Assembly: GCA_016933455.1 (NCBI GenBank)
Contig: JAFGAZ010000009.1
Location: 1 to 45,990, forward strand
From: Candidatus Aenigmatarchaeota archaeon
GTDB taxonomy: Archaea > Aenigmatarchaeota > Aenigmatarchaeia > Aenigmatarchaeales > Aenigmatarchaeaceae
Length of the DNA stretch: 45,990 bases
Direction: 5' to 3'
Shown: positions 1 to 8,093 of the stretch, in pieces
How the letters are laid out: the number at the start of each line of letters is the position of its first letter
How positions within the stretch are numbered: position 1 is the stretch's first letter
Translations under genes and position numbers: made by a program
The notes under the pieces: model-generated
Database searches by the model: none
Seen by the model: only the letters and a program-made list of their open reading frames with translations
Told to the model about the DNA's origin: nothing

Positions 1-2690
1 GTTCCTGCATCGTCTTCTGTGAAGTTGGCATACCAGAAATATGTCTCATTGACGCAGTGCGTACAGTTTGTTGGTGTCATGTTGTAGCATTCGTCCAAAA
101 CATCCTCGCAGTTCTGCCATGCACCAGAACCTTGCTTTAGCTGAAGCACTATTGTCTCGTTGTTATAATCTCCTGATGTCGCGTTCACAGAAAAGTTCCA
201 GTTTATGCGGTCCCAAAGATCCGATATGGGCGTTATAGTCTTGTTGCTAAATTCTCTGAACGGTGATACATAGAAAAGCCAGCCCCTTTCAGCATCTTCC
301 AAAGTCGAGTTTGTATAGTATCCACTCTTGTTTACAAACATTGAAGCGTTGTAGAATTGCACTGGCGTGTCTATGTCTGTCTGCCAGTTGCACTGGTATG
401 CGTTTGCACCTATCAATGTCGACTGGCCGCAGTCATATCCGCTTGTTAAAGTGTCGTTTGCATAGTACTTGACTTCTTCATAGCCTGCTGTAGTGTTTAG
501 CCTTAATGCGTCTTCACAGTCGTCATAGCTGTAACCAAGGAAGGTCATGGCTCCAAGCTGTGTCACGTTTGTCGAGCCGTCTGGGTTGTTTAGAGTTATT
601 AGTATGTTTCCTTTTACGGAGATGTTTCTGTACAAGTAATCGGAGCTGGTATTTTGGTAGTAGCAAGAAAGTTCCGAGTCGTTAATTTCTGCCTTCCACT
701 GCTGCTCCCTTACCTGGAATTTTGGCGCACCTGCGTACTCGTCAAGGCATGTTGGATTAAAGTAGAAGTTGGAATAACCCGTGCTGTTGGTTTCATTGAC
801 AAAGTTGCTGTCAGAGTAGTATGTAACTGTTGTGTTACCTGTTGTTACAGAATACTTTATGGGGAAGTTCGCCATGTTCGTTCCGTTGTAGTTTGTTGCC
901 CTAAACACCAGCAAGTCTGTTTGGTCACCCAGTCTGTTGGCAGTCGAGTTGTGACCCTCTTCATAATTCAGATATATTGTGTCCTTTGTTATGGTAAAGC
1001 TCTGAGGAGTTGTTGAATTTGTCGAAAGGTTGTTGTTTGTTGCATTAAAGAAGAAATATTTTGTGCCAATGTCTGGGCAGTCAAAGTAATTTGTCCAGTT
1101 TAGAGTTTGAAGGCCACCTTCCCCTATGTCGTACGTCATACTGTCTATGAAAGTCCAAGGGCCTATTGCGCTGTCTCCTACCCAAAGGAAAACATCGACG
1201 TCGTTAATTCCTGTTGTGCTAACAGTTGTGTTGAATGTGAAAGGCGTTCCTCCCCACTGAGCTGATGAGGGGTCTTGCGTTATGTCGTCAAGGTATATTT
1301 TTATGTCAGGCTCCAAGTCAACGTAGAATGACTGCTCAGTTGTTTGGTTTTCAAGGTAGCTTGTTGTGTGATTGTACATCCTGAACTGGTAGTACCAAGT
1401 TCCTGCGTCGTCCTCTGTAAAGTTCCTGTACCAGAAGTATGTCTGGTTTATGCAGTTCGTGCATGTTGTGGAAGTTTGAGCCTCGCATTCAGTGCATTCA
1501 GAGTAGCTTCCGCTTCCCTTTCTTAGATAAAGCGTTATGTTCATCTGGTCCGAATTTCCAGATGTCGCATTCACAGAAAAGTTCCAGTTTATGTTGCTAA
1601 AGTACGCAGAATCAGGATTGACTGTTGCGTTATAGAACATTCTTTGCGGCTCTAGGTAGAATACGTCCTGGTCAAGCGAGATGTCATTGTTATAGTAGTT
1701 TTTGCTAGAGTTTATGGTAACATTGTACCAACCCGTTGGATAGCTTATGTCTGTGTCTATTGAGCATTCGCCGGCTGCTGAAGCTATGCACCAGTACTCT
1801 GTTCCTTCGTTAGACATTGTTATGTTTATTGTAGAGTCCGCAGTTCTGCTATTTCCACAATCATCAATGACAGTAGCGCTAAAGTCTATTGTCTGTCCTT
1901 GTGTAAAGTTAGAGCTTCCGTCTGGATCGTTTAGTGTATTGTATAGCGTTCCCATCAAAGTAAAGTTTGATGGATTTGTATTGTTGTTTTGAACACAAGC
2001 GTCTGTTTGTGTTCCTCCCCCCCAGTGGTGCACACCGAGATAATATTTGCTTTCGTCTTCACACCATCCAGCGTTCGTGAATATCTGTGACAAGTGACCT
2101 GTGCTGTTTGTGCTTGTCAAAAAACTTGTGTTCTGGTCAAATGCATAAGTTGAGACCCATATCTTTCCCGATTGTCCTCCATCATAACTTTGGTTATCTT
2201 TGTCATAAACCCTTACAACAAACTGTGTCGTGTCGGTTCTGTTTATAATAGAACTTTCTGTGGGAGTTAGATTTGTTACGTCTACATAGTCTTTGACCGG
2301 TGTGAAGTATATGTTTCCATAAGTGTAATATGTATCGTCTGTTCCTCCTGCATAATCAGAAGCATTGAATTTGTAATATTTAGCAGCTCCAAGAACCCCT
2401 AGGTCGTTTGAGTATGCGTCATAAATCGTTCCGCCACTACAGAGGAATTTTTGTGTTATGTTTGTCATGTTTCCATAAGAGTCATTCATCGGGCCTGTAA
2501 CATTGTTAGAGCCTCCCATCACAAATCCTGTTCCTGCTGTTGGCGTGTACCAAAGGCTTACGTTTGTCGTGTCTCTTTGTGGATCAGTGACATTAACTGA
2601 GAAGTTGAATGTTGTTCCCCATCCAGCAGAGAACCCAGATTCGGTATCGTTGACAACAGGTTCTATTAGTTCTGGCTCAGATTCTATCCA
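1..2690 (-). repeat. Two diverged copies of a ~1.39-kb (~460 aa) intragenic repeat; boundaries approximate
   Basis: 175-207 vs 1561-1593 match at 32/33 nt (INWNFSVNATS). 1-70 vs 1399-1468 both encode C..C.N.TYFWY.NFTEDDAGT (offset 1398). LNNPDGSTNVTQ/LNDPDGSSNFTQ and TNSTG also recur. Confidence 0.85.
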
Positions 2691-4583
2691 ACACCATGTG
2701 TAGTTTATCGTATATACGTCTGTTACTATTTTTTGGTTAGCTCCTCCAGCTCCAGAAGCCATAACTTCGATAGAATAATAATCTGATGCATTATAACCAC
2801 TTGTCAAAGTTAAACTACCTTCACAAGTGTTGGGAGCTGTGTTGCTTCCGCATTCCCATTGAGGTCCAAAGTAATCACCTGGAGGTACCTGTGTCCAGTT
2901 TCTGGCACTGTATCTTGCGTTTGTAAAAGATGCTGAATTGGGGTCAAGATTTCTTTGTGTTGTATTTGCAACTTTCACCCAACCCTGGTCTGTTCCACCA
3001 GCCTTTGTACCTGCGTTCATGTATCTTATGAAAACGCTTATGTTAGATATGTAACAGTTAAGAACACCAGGACATGGTTGAAGGTCTGGATATGTCCAGT
3101 TGTAGTGTTCATAAGTAACAGATCCGGCTCCTACGGCACCCCACTGTACGGCGTTGGTAAACTTTTGACATGTATAACCTGGCGGGTCGTATGCATATGC
3201 TACCTGATCTCCGAAGGTGAATTGCAAAGTAGCATAACCTGATTTTATCATATTGTTTGTCAAATAAGCAGTTTCGTTACACGAATAGTTCTCGATTAAA
3301 AGATGCTCTATTTCCAAAGAATCGTTTTGTGATAAATCGGAATAGTTATAGACATTACCAGAAAAATCAATTAGTTTAAGTGAATTGCGCAAAGAAATTT
3401 CTCCGCACATTATATCAATGAATTTCATTTCATTGAATGTTTCTGTTGTATCTTTTAGGAACTCGGTCCAACTAGCGTTTGTCGAGTTTATTGTTAGATT
3501 AGCTGTTCCAAAAGTCTCAAATGCTACTATCCAATCGTCCGCATCCTTAAGATATGTGTATGGATTCAAAACCTCTATAGAAACCTCAAAGATTTGCTCT
3601 GAGAGGTGCGGAACATTCCATTTTAGCTTGTCAATAAGACCGTCCTGATCAATGTCAAGCATGCTAAGATTGTACATTTCATCTTCTGTTACATCTATTC
3701 TCTGGTCGTCGCTTATCCAGTATAATTTTATCGAATTTTCAGGGAAATTTCCTATATCAGTCGATGCTGGGACGTTGAAATAGTGCAAAGGTGAGCTTAC
3801 ATTAACCAATTTCTTGTATTGACCAAGAGGAATTTCGCTTATTATTGGTGATTCGGTATAGTATTCAAGTTCATATTCCTTACTTTCATCTGCTTTGAGC
3901 TCTTCTTTCAAACTTTTTTCTTCGATTTTTAGTGATTTTTTGGTCTCTTTTTCCAAAAGGCTTACGTTGAAAGCGCTTTCAGGTATTTCCAGATCAATGT
4001 CGGTTAGAACAATTTCATCTAATTTGTTTGTTACCTTGAATTTTTTGACCCATTTCACAGGTTTTCCAATTTCTATTTCTTCATGTCCGCTTTCCAGAAT
4101 TTCTAATTCAAAAGATTCGGAGTCAATTGAAAAATCAGCTTCTTTACCTAAATCTATCAAATTCAGATGAGATTCAGTCGGATTCAGATAATTTCCACCT
4201 GAAAATACTGCCTTGATAGTGCCGTTGAAAGGAAGCGGAAAGTCAATAATACCATCTGAATTGGTGGTATCAGAATAAAGGGGAGTTTCATTCAAAAAGA
4301 AATCAATTCTTTGATTGGGAATCGCAGTCCCGTTGTCCATTAAAAGAACAGCCTTCATAAGGCCGTCGTCTATAGAAAGAGAAATAGAGGTGTTGGCCAT
4401 CACCTCTATTAAGAACGTGAATTCCTGGGAAGTTAAATCAGGCATGCCCAGATAATTGCCTGTTATTGGCGTGGAATTGGTCCAGTTCATTGTGACATTT
4501 GTGGCAAAAACAACTGCAGATGTTATTATGACCAGCAGAGGCACAAGCAGCTGGCTTTGTCCTGATTTGGCACTACTCTTCAT
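1..4583 (-). CDS. Giant secreted/surface protein, >1527 aa, 3' end outside window; Asn/Thr/Cys-rich with ~460-aa tandem macro-repeats of probable Ig-like beta domains
   Basis: Manual translation from ATG at 4583 (MKSSAKSGQSQLLVPLLVIITSAVVFATNVT...) stays open in one frame to the window edge (...YFWYANFTEDDAG). N-terminal hydrophobic segment, many N-x-S/T sequons, a DIDQDG Ca-binding-like motif. Start overlaps the upstream stop by 11 nt. Absent from the ORF track because no stop lies in the window. Confidence 0.9.
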   Translation of the reverse strand, partial: MKSSAKSGQSQLLVPLLVIITSAVVFATNVTMNWTNSTPITGNYLGMPDLTSQEFTFLIEVMANTSISLSIDDGLMKAVLLMDNGTAIPNQRIDFFLNETPLYSDTTNSDGIIDFPLPFNGTIKAVFSGGNYLNPTESHLNLIDLGKEADFSIDSESFELEILESGHEEIEIGKPVKWVKKFKVTNKLDEIVLTDIDLEIPESAFNVSLLEKETKKSLKIEEKSLKEELKADESKEYELEYYTESPIISEIPLGQYKKLVNVSSPLHYFNVPASTDIGNFPENSIKLYWISDDQRIDVTEDEMYNLSMLDIDQDGLIDKLKWNVPHLSEQIFEVSIEVLNPYTYLKDADDWIVAFETFGTANLTINSTNASWTEFLKDTTETFNEMKFIDIMCGEISLRNSLKLIDFSGNVYNYSDLSQNDSLEIEHLLIENYSCNETAYLTNNMIKSGYATLQFTFGDQVAYAYDPPGYTCQKFTNAVQWGAVGAGSVTYEHYNWTYPDLQPCPGVLNCYISNISVFIRYMNAGTKAGGTDQGWVKVANTTQRNLDPNSASFTNARYSARNWTQVPPGDYFGPQWECGSNTAPNTCEGSLTLTSGYNASDYYSIEVMASGAGGANQKIVTDVYTINYTWCWIESEPELIEPVVNDTESGFSAGWGTTFNFSVNVTDPQRDTTNVSLWYTPTAGTGFVMGGSNNVTGPMNDSYGNMTNITQKFLCSGGTIYDAYSNDLGVLGAAKYYKFNASDYAGGTDDTYYTYGNIYFTPVKDYVDVTNLTPTESSIINRTDTTQFVVRVYDKDNQSYDGGQSGKIWVSTYAFDQNTSFLTSTNSTGHLSQIFTNAGWCEDESKYYLGVHHWGGGTQTDACVQNNNTNPSNFTLMGTLYNTLNDPDGSSNFTQGQTIDFSATVIDDCGNSRTADSTINITMSNEGTEYWCIASAAGECSIDTDISYPTGWYNVTINSSKNYYNNDISLDQDVFYLEPQRMFYNATVNPDSAYFSNINWNFSVNATSGNSDQMNITLYLRKGSGSYSECTECEAQTSTTCTNCINQTYFWYRNFTEDDAGTWYYQFRMYNHTTSYLENQTTEQSFYVDLEPDIKIYLDDITQDPSSAQWGGTPFTFNTTVSTTGINDVDVFLWVGDSAIGPWTFIDSMTYDIGEGGLQTLNWTNYFDCPDIGTKYFFFNATNNNLSTNSTTPQSFTITKDTIYLNYEEGHNSTANRLGDQTDLLVFRATNYNGTNMANFPIKYSVTTGNTTVTYYSDSNFVNETNSTGYSNFYFNPTCLDEYAGAPKFQVREQQWKAEINDSELSCYYQNTSSDYLYRNISVKGNILITLNNPDGSTNVTQLGAMTFLGYSYDDCEDALRLNTTAGYEEVKYYANDTLTSGYDCGQSTLIGANAYQCNWQTDIDTPVQFYNASMFVNKSGYYTNSTLEDAERGWLFYVSPFREFSNKTITPISDLWDRINWNFSVNATSGDYNNETIVLQLKQGSGAWQNCEDVLDECYNMTPTNCTHCVNETYFWYANFTEDDAG

Positions 4584-5625
4584 AATCCACCACAACTTTT
4601 ATGCTGTTCACACCGATTTCCGACATATTCGTGATAACCCCTATCTCCGAGATGCAAGAGCTGGCGTTCATGTCGCCGCATGTTTCTATGGCATTGCCAG
4701 AAACTATCTCAAAGCCGACTGGAAGCAGCCATTTCACAAGAACATTCTTGGCATAAGCATTGCTTGATACAACCGCTGTGATTGATATCAGCTCCCCTCG
4801 GGTTATTCTCTGCGGATATGTCATGTCAACATCGAACACTGGTTTTATCGGATCTATAGATGTGCCGTTTAGCATGTCCTCGATGTCGATTGTTTGGTTT
4901 TGATCCTCTGTTTCGTTCGAAACATTGGTTTGCGTCGCATTGTCTGTATCATTTGCAGTGAAATTGACATCTTGCGACGTGTTTGTGTCATTGACAAAGG
5001 TGTCATTTGCCTCTGTCTCGTTAAAATCGGTGACGTTTTCCGTCAAAAAAGTTGTGTTAAAAGTGCTGTTTTCGCTGTTATTTTGCGTTTCTGAGCTTTC
5101 GTTAGTACTATCGACACTTCCGACAGTTTCCGTAAGGTTTTGAATTGTCGGCGGTTCGACAGTAGTATTTTGGGTATCGTTTGACCCTACCGTGTCGTTG
5201 AAAAAAGCGCTCAGATCCGACACGTTTGATGTGCTTGTTGTGGGGCTTGTGTTTATGTTCGATGTGTTTGTCGCATTCATGGTGCTGTTTGCGTATGCTA
5301 TGATGGCTGTCTGGCTTACAAGAAGGGTCAGTATCACAACAGACACCAAGAACTTTAGTCTGGCTGCTCCCTTTCTCTTCTTTTTGAGCCTTTCTATTAG
5401 CCTGCTGCCCTCTGCGCTATTCTTTATTTCCTGCTTTAGGTAGCACAGCTTTGCTGCCCCAACATCTCGCTGGAAGACTATTCCTTCCTTTGTTAGCTCA
5501 TTGATGTATTTTCTGCATGTGTGTCGATGCAGGCCCGATATACTTGCCAGAGAAAGAAGTGTCAAGCCTTCTGGATTTGCCATCAAGGCTTCAATTATGT
5601 ATTTTATAGGGTCCTTGCTAACCAT
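4573..5625 (-). CDS. Membrane-anchored winged-HTH protein: N-terminal wHTH, one TM helix, Asn/Thr-rich linker, C-terminal Ig/CARDB-like domain
   Basis: PEGLTLLSLASISGLHRHTCRKYINELTKEGIV (HTH), basic stretch KKKRKG, TM FLVSVVILTLLVSQTAIIAYA, sequon-rich stalk, and the segment YPQRITRGELISITAVV...KNVLVKWLLPVGFEIVSG. Confidence 0.8.
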   Translation of the reverse strand: MVSKDPIKYIIEALMANPEGLTLLSLASISGLHRHTCRKYINELTKEGIVFQRDVGAAKLCYLKQEIKNSAEGSRLIERLKKKRKGAARLKFLVSVVILTLLVSQTAIIAYANSTMNATNTSNINTSPTTSTSNVSDLSAFFNDTVGSNDTQNTTVEPPTIQNLTETVGSVDSTNESSETQNNSENSTFNTTFLTENVTDFNETEANDTFVNDTNTSQDVNFTANDTDNATQTNVSNETEDQNQTIDIEDMLNGTSIDPIKPVFDVDMTYPQRITRGELISITAVVSSNAYAKNVLVKWLLPVGFEIVSGNAIETCGDMNASSCISEIGVITNMSEIGVNSIKVVVDYEE

Positions 5626-6195
5626 CGAATATCACATATACAATATTGTACAATCTTTTGGCCAAAGATTTTGTAATCATAATCTTTCTGTCGACGGTAT
5701 TATATGCAGTAAAGAGCGTTTTTCGTCAAAAAATCGACAAGTCGAGAAAAAATCAACTGTCGAAAAATTTTATATATCCCAAATTGAAAGAATATATATC
5801 ATGTTCAAATCTGTTTTCAAGTCGAAAGATGATGAGAAGGAAAATCTAAGAAAAATCGTCAAGCTTCTCGACATGCGATATGCCCAGATGGCAATAGAGA
5901 TTGAGAGATTGAAGAATTTAGGGCAGAAAATCGACAGAATAGAGGCCAAAGTGCTTAATATAGATGACACTATTTCTTCGACAGGTATAAAGCTACAGCA
6001 AAGAACTATTGCCGTCAAGACAAAGGAAGCAATACGCATGATACTGCAAAAGTACAATGAGATAACACCTGCTCAATTGAGCAAACTAATCAAACTGTCG
6101 AGAACAAGGTGCAACGAGTATTTGAAGCAGATGGAAGACGAGGGCACAATGATGTCAAGGGTAGATAGTCGAAAAAAGTTCTATAGTCTTCGACA
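5111..6195. repeat. Dispersed TCGACA/TGTCGA motif array
   Basis: 11 exact copies: 5111, 5156, 5734, 5868, 5931, 5978, 6190 (forward) and 5522, 5689, 5758, 6096 (reverse). Additional GTCGA at 5741, 5821, 6168 and several CCGACA variants. Confidence 0.65.
5639..5777. promoter_or_regulatory. Divergent promoter region with palindromes and TATA box
   Basis: Perfect palindrome TACAATATTGTA (5639-5650); imperfect inverted repeat TACAATCTTTTGG/CCAAAGATTTTGTA (5649-5675); TTTTATATAT (5768-5777) preceded by an A-rich BRE-like run, ~25 nt before ATG 5801. Confidence 0.6.
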
Positions 6196-6199
6196 ATAG
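5801..6199 (+). CDS. Soluble coiled-coil + C-terminal winged-HTH DNA-binding protein (132 aa)
   Basis: Start moved to ATG 5801 downstream of the TATA box. Heptad-like N-half; HTH ITPAQLSKLIKLSRTRCNEYLKQMEDEG; wing RVDSRKKFYSL. Confidence 0.8.
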   Translation: MFKSVFKSKDDEKENLRKIVKLLDMRYAQMAIEIERLKNLGQKIDRIEAKVLNIDDTISSTGIKLQQRTIAVKTKEAIRMILQKYNEITPAQLSKLIKLSRTRCNEYLKQMEDEGTMMSRVDSRKKFYSLRQ

Positions 6200-6261
6200 G
6201 TCCGACACATTAGAATTGCTCTTATCTATAGAAGAAAACAATATTCTCAGTTGGTATAAAA

Positions 6262-6573
6262 TCAGAACTTGTTAAGCCAGTCCAGTATTTCCCTGCCCTT
6301 TGCCTTCAAGGAAGGCGAAATAAAGCTGCTAGTAGCATCATTTAGGTTCATTTCTATGCTTTCTAGCTTTAGCATGACTGGTGCTTTTTTTGCCCTGTTT
6401 CTCATAAGTTCAGCTCCTAGTATCATGAAATTCACAAGAAACAGCATTACTGTGATTTCCAGGCTAGGCTGTGTGAATAGCTGTATTACTGACACTAGCG
6501 CAACAAGGCCAAAAGCAACCCAAAAGTACTTCATAGAACTAATTGTAGTAAAAGCTTTAAGAATCTTCCTCAT
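6262..6573 (-). CDS. Small two-TM membrane protein, unknown function
   Basis: Two hydrophobic segments, short soluble tail; overlaps the upstream gene end. Confidence 0.7.
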   Translation of the reverse strand: MRKILKAFTTISSMKYFWVAFGLVALVSVIQLFTQPSLEITVMLFLVNFMILGAELMRNRAKKAPVMLKLESIEMNLNDATSSFISPSLKAKGREILDWLNKF

Positions 6574-7021
6574 CCGTATAGATAAGCTCTCCTAGTGAGA
6601 AGGATTCGCCTTTTTTCTTGTTTTCAAAGTCGTTCATCTTGTCTTTTATGCCAGACATCGAGTCCACCATGCCGTTGCCGAACTTTACTATTCTTTCCTC
6701 AAGGTCCAATGTCTTTTTGGAAAGCCTTTCAAGAAGGTAGGTCACACTCTCGTCATGCTTTTGAAGCTTTGTTTCCAGTGCAGAATTGTCAACTTTGGCT
6801 GATATGTCAGAGCACTTTTTGTCTATTGAGTCAAGCTTTTCTGAAAAGTTGTTTCCAGCTCCGCCTGATTTTCCATTCAACTGCACGCTGGCAGCAAGCA
6901 CAAAAAAGTCCACTATTAGCATTATCATCAAAGATTCCAAAACCCAGTAGCCAAACAACTGCACTGCTGTTAAAAGCAGTGTAAATGCTGTTACTAGCAA
7001 AAACAGTTTGGATAAATGCAT
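6557..7021 (-). CDS. Two-TM membrane protein with coiled-coil C-terminus, unknown function
   Basis: Two N-terminal TM segments, then a heptad-like charged region. Confidence 0.75.
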   Translation of the reverse strand: MHLSKLFLLVTAFTLLLTAVQLFGYWVLESLMIMLIVDFFVLAASVQLNGKSGGAGNNFSEKLDSIDKKCSDISAKVDNSALETKLQKHDESVTYLLERLSKKTLDLEERIVKFGNGMVDSMSGIKDKMNDFENKKKGESFSLGELIYTDEEDS

Positions 7022-7052
7022 ATCTATTATGTGACAGAAAAAGATTTAAGCA

Positions 7053-7352
7053 TTATTTTATCTGCTCGTCCCACTTTCCCTCGTCTATTTCAGCCTGTAT
7101 TTCCTTGGGTTTCTTGTTTTCTATATAGACTCCGGAACTGACGCAGAATGCAACTGTCTGCTTTACAGCGCTTTTTAGCTTCTCTGTTTTCATGTCTTTC
7201 ATCTTCTCTTTTGCTATCTTAACTATCTGCGCAAAGGATAGGCTTTCCTTGAACTCTTCCTTTACCTCTTCCTTTTCATAGACGTTAAAAGGCGCTTTAG
7301 CCAGCTTCTTTACATTCAGTTCTTTTCTCACCAATTCGGTCGTTGTTGCCAT
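7053..7352 (-). CDS. rpl11: Ribosomal protein uL11, C-terminal domain only (99 aa)
   Basis: LSFAQIVKIAKEK...LKSAVKQTVAFCVSSGVYIENKKPKEIQAEIDEGKWDE matches the archaeal L11 C-domain; canonical position after spt5. Confidence 0.8.
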   Translation of the reverse strand: MATTTELVRKELNVKKLAKAPFNVYEKEEVKEEFKESLSFAQIVKIAKEKMKDMKTEKLKSAVKQTVAFCVSSGVYIENKKPKEIQAEIDEGKWDEQIK

Positions 7353-7357
7353 AATTA

Positions 7358-7801
7358 TCACTTTTGCTCTATTGCCTCGATTACTTTTACTGATTCTATG
7401 GGGACTGTTATGGGTATGGGTATTGCTGCCTCAAGGAGCTCTATTGTGACCTCCTCCTTGGCCTCGTCGACCCTTGTCACCTTGCCCTTTTCATTCTTGA
7501 AAGGACCTGATGTTACCTCTATCACATCCCCGCGGTTTACCTTTATCTCTATTTTCTTTGTCTCTAAAAAGTTTTTAAGCTGTTCTATTTTGACTTCCTT
7601 TTTGATTATGCCCTTGACATGGGGAACTGCCTTTACCACTTCATCTATTGCTTCCTCTTCCCCTTCCACAAAAATATAACCCTTTAGCTCTCCTGGATGG
7701 AAAAGCGTTTTTATGTTAAGGGAGCTGCTCTTGGTCTTGCTCACCAAAGCGTCGACTACAGCGTTCTCCCTTCCAACAGTTGTTCTGACCGTATATATCA
7801 T
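7358..7801 (-). CDS. spt5: Transcription elongation factor Spt5/NusG
   Basis: VRTTVGRE, LKGYIFVE, KOW motif GDVIEVTSGPFK, TIELLEAAIPIPITV. Confidence 0.95.
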   Translation of the reverse strand: MIYTVRTTVGRENAVVDALVSKTKSSSLNIKTLFHPGELKGYIFVEGEEEAIDEVVKAVPHVKGIIKKEVKIEQLKNFLETKKIEIKVNRGDVIEVTSGPFKNEKGKVTRVDEAKEEVTIELLEAAIPIPITVPIESVKVIEAIEQK

Positions 7802-7806
7802 CAATA

Positions 7807-8040
7807 TCACAAAACCCTAACTAAGAAATACAGCAGGAATATTATAAAGCCTATTGCTCCAAGCAATGCCATGCCCATTCCTGTTATTTTCGCAGTGCTG
7901 ATGAACTCGTCCTTTTCAGGCTTTCTGGCAATGTCCACTACTCTCTTGTAGTTGCTTAATTTTGCCTTTAGCTTTGAGCCAATGCCTGGGCCCTTTGGCT
8001 TGCTTACTTTTTCCTTTTTTTGCTGTTCAGAATTTTCCAT
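7807..8040 (-). CDS. secE: Protein translocase SecE/Sec61-gamma
   Basis: YKRVVDIARKPEKDEF...GMALLGAIGFII; lies between ftsZ and spt5. Confidence 0.93.
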   Translation of the reverse strand: MENSEQQKKEKVSKPKGPGIGSKLKAKLSNYKRVVDIARKPEKDEFISTAKITGMGMALLGAIGFIIFLLYFLVRVL

Positions 8041-8093
8041 CAAAGCACCTAGAATAAAACTATGTAAAGAACATTATTTAAATGCTTTTGTTT

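Noticed and set aside
263-4767. Numerous short plus-strand ORFs in the ORF track
   Set aside because: Antisense shadows of the giant minus-strand gene and its upstream neighbour; no motifs.
5501-5800. 100-aa N-terminal extension of the soluble wHTH ORF
   Set aside because: Overlaps the divergent gene and spans the promoter; TATA position supports ATG 5801.
5111-6206. TCGACA array as a CRISPR or tandem repeat
   Set aside because: Motif too short, irregularly spaced and in both orientations; no cas genes in the window.
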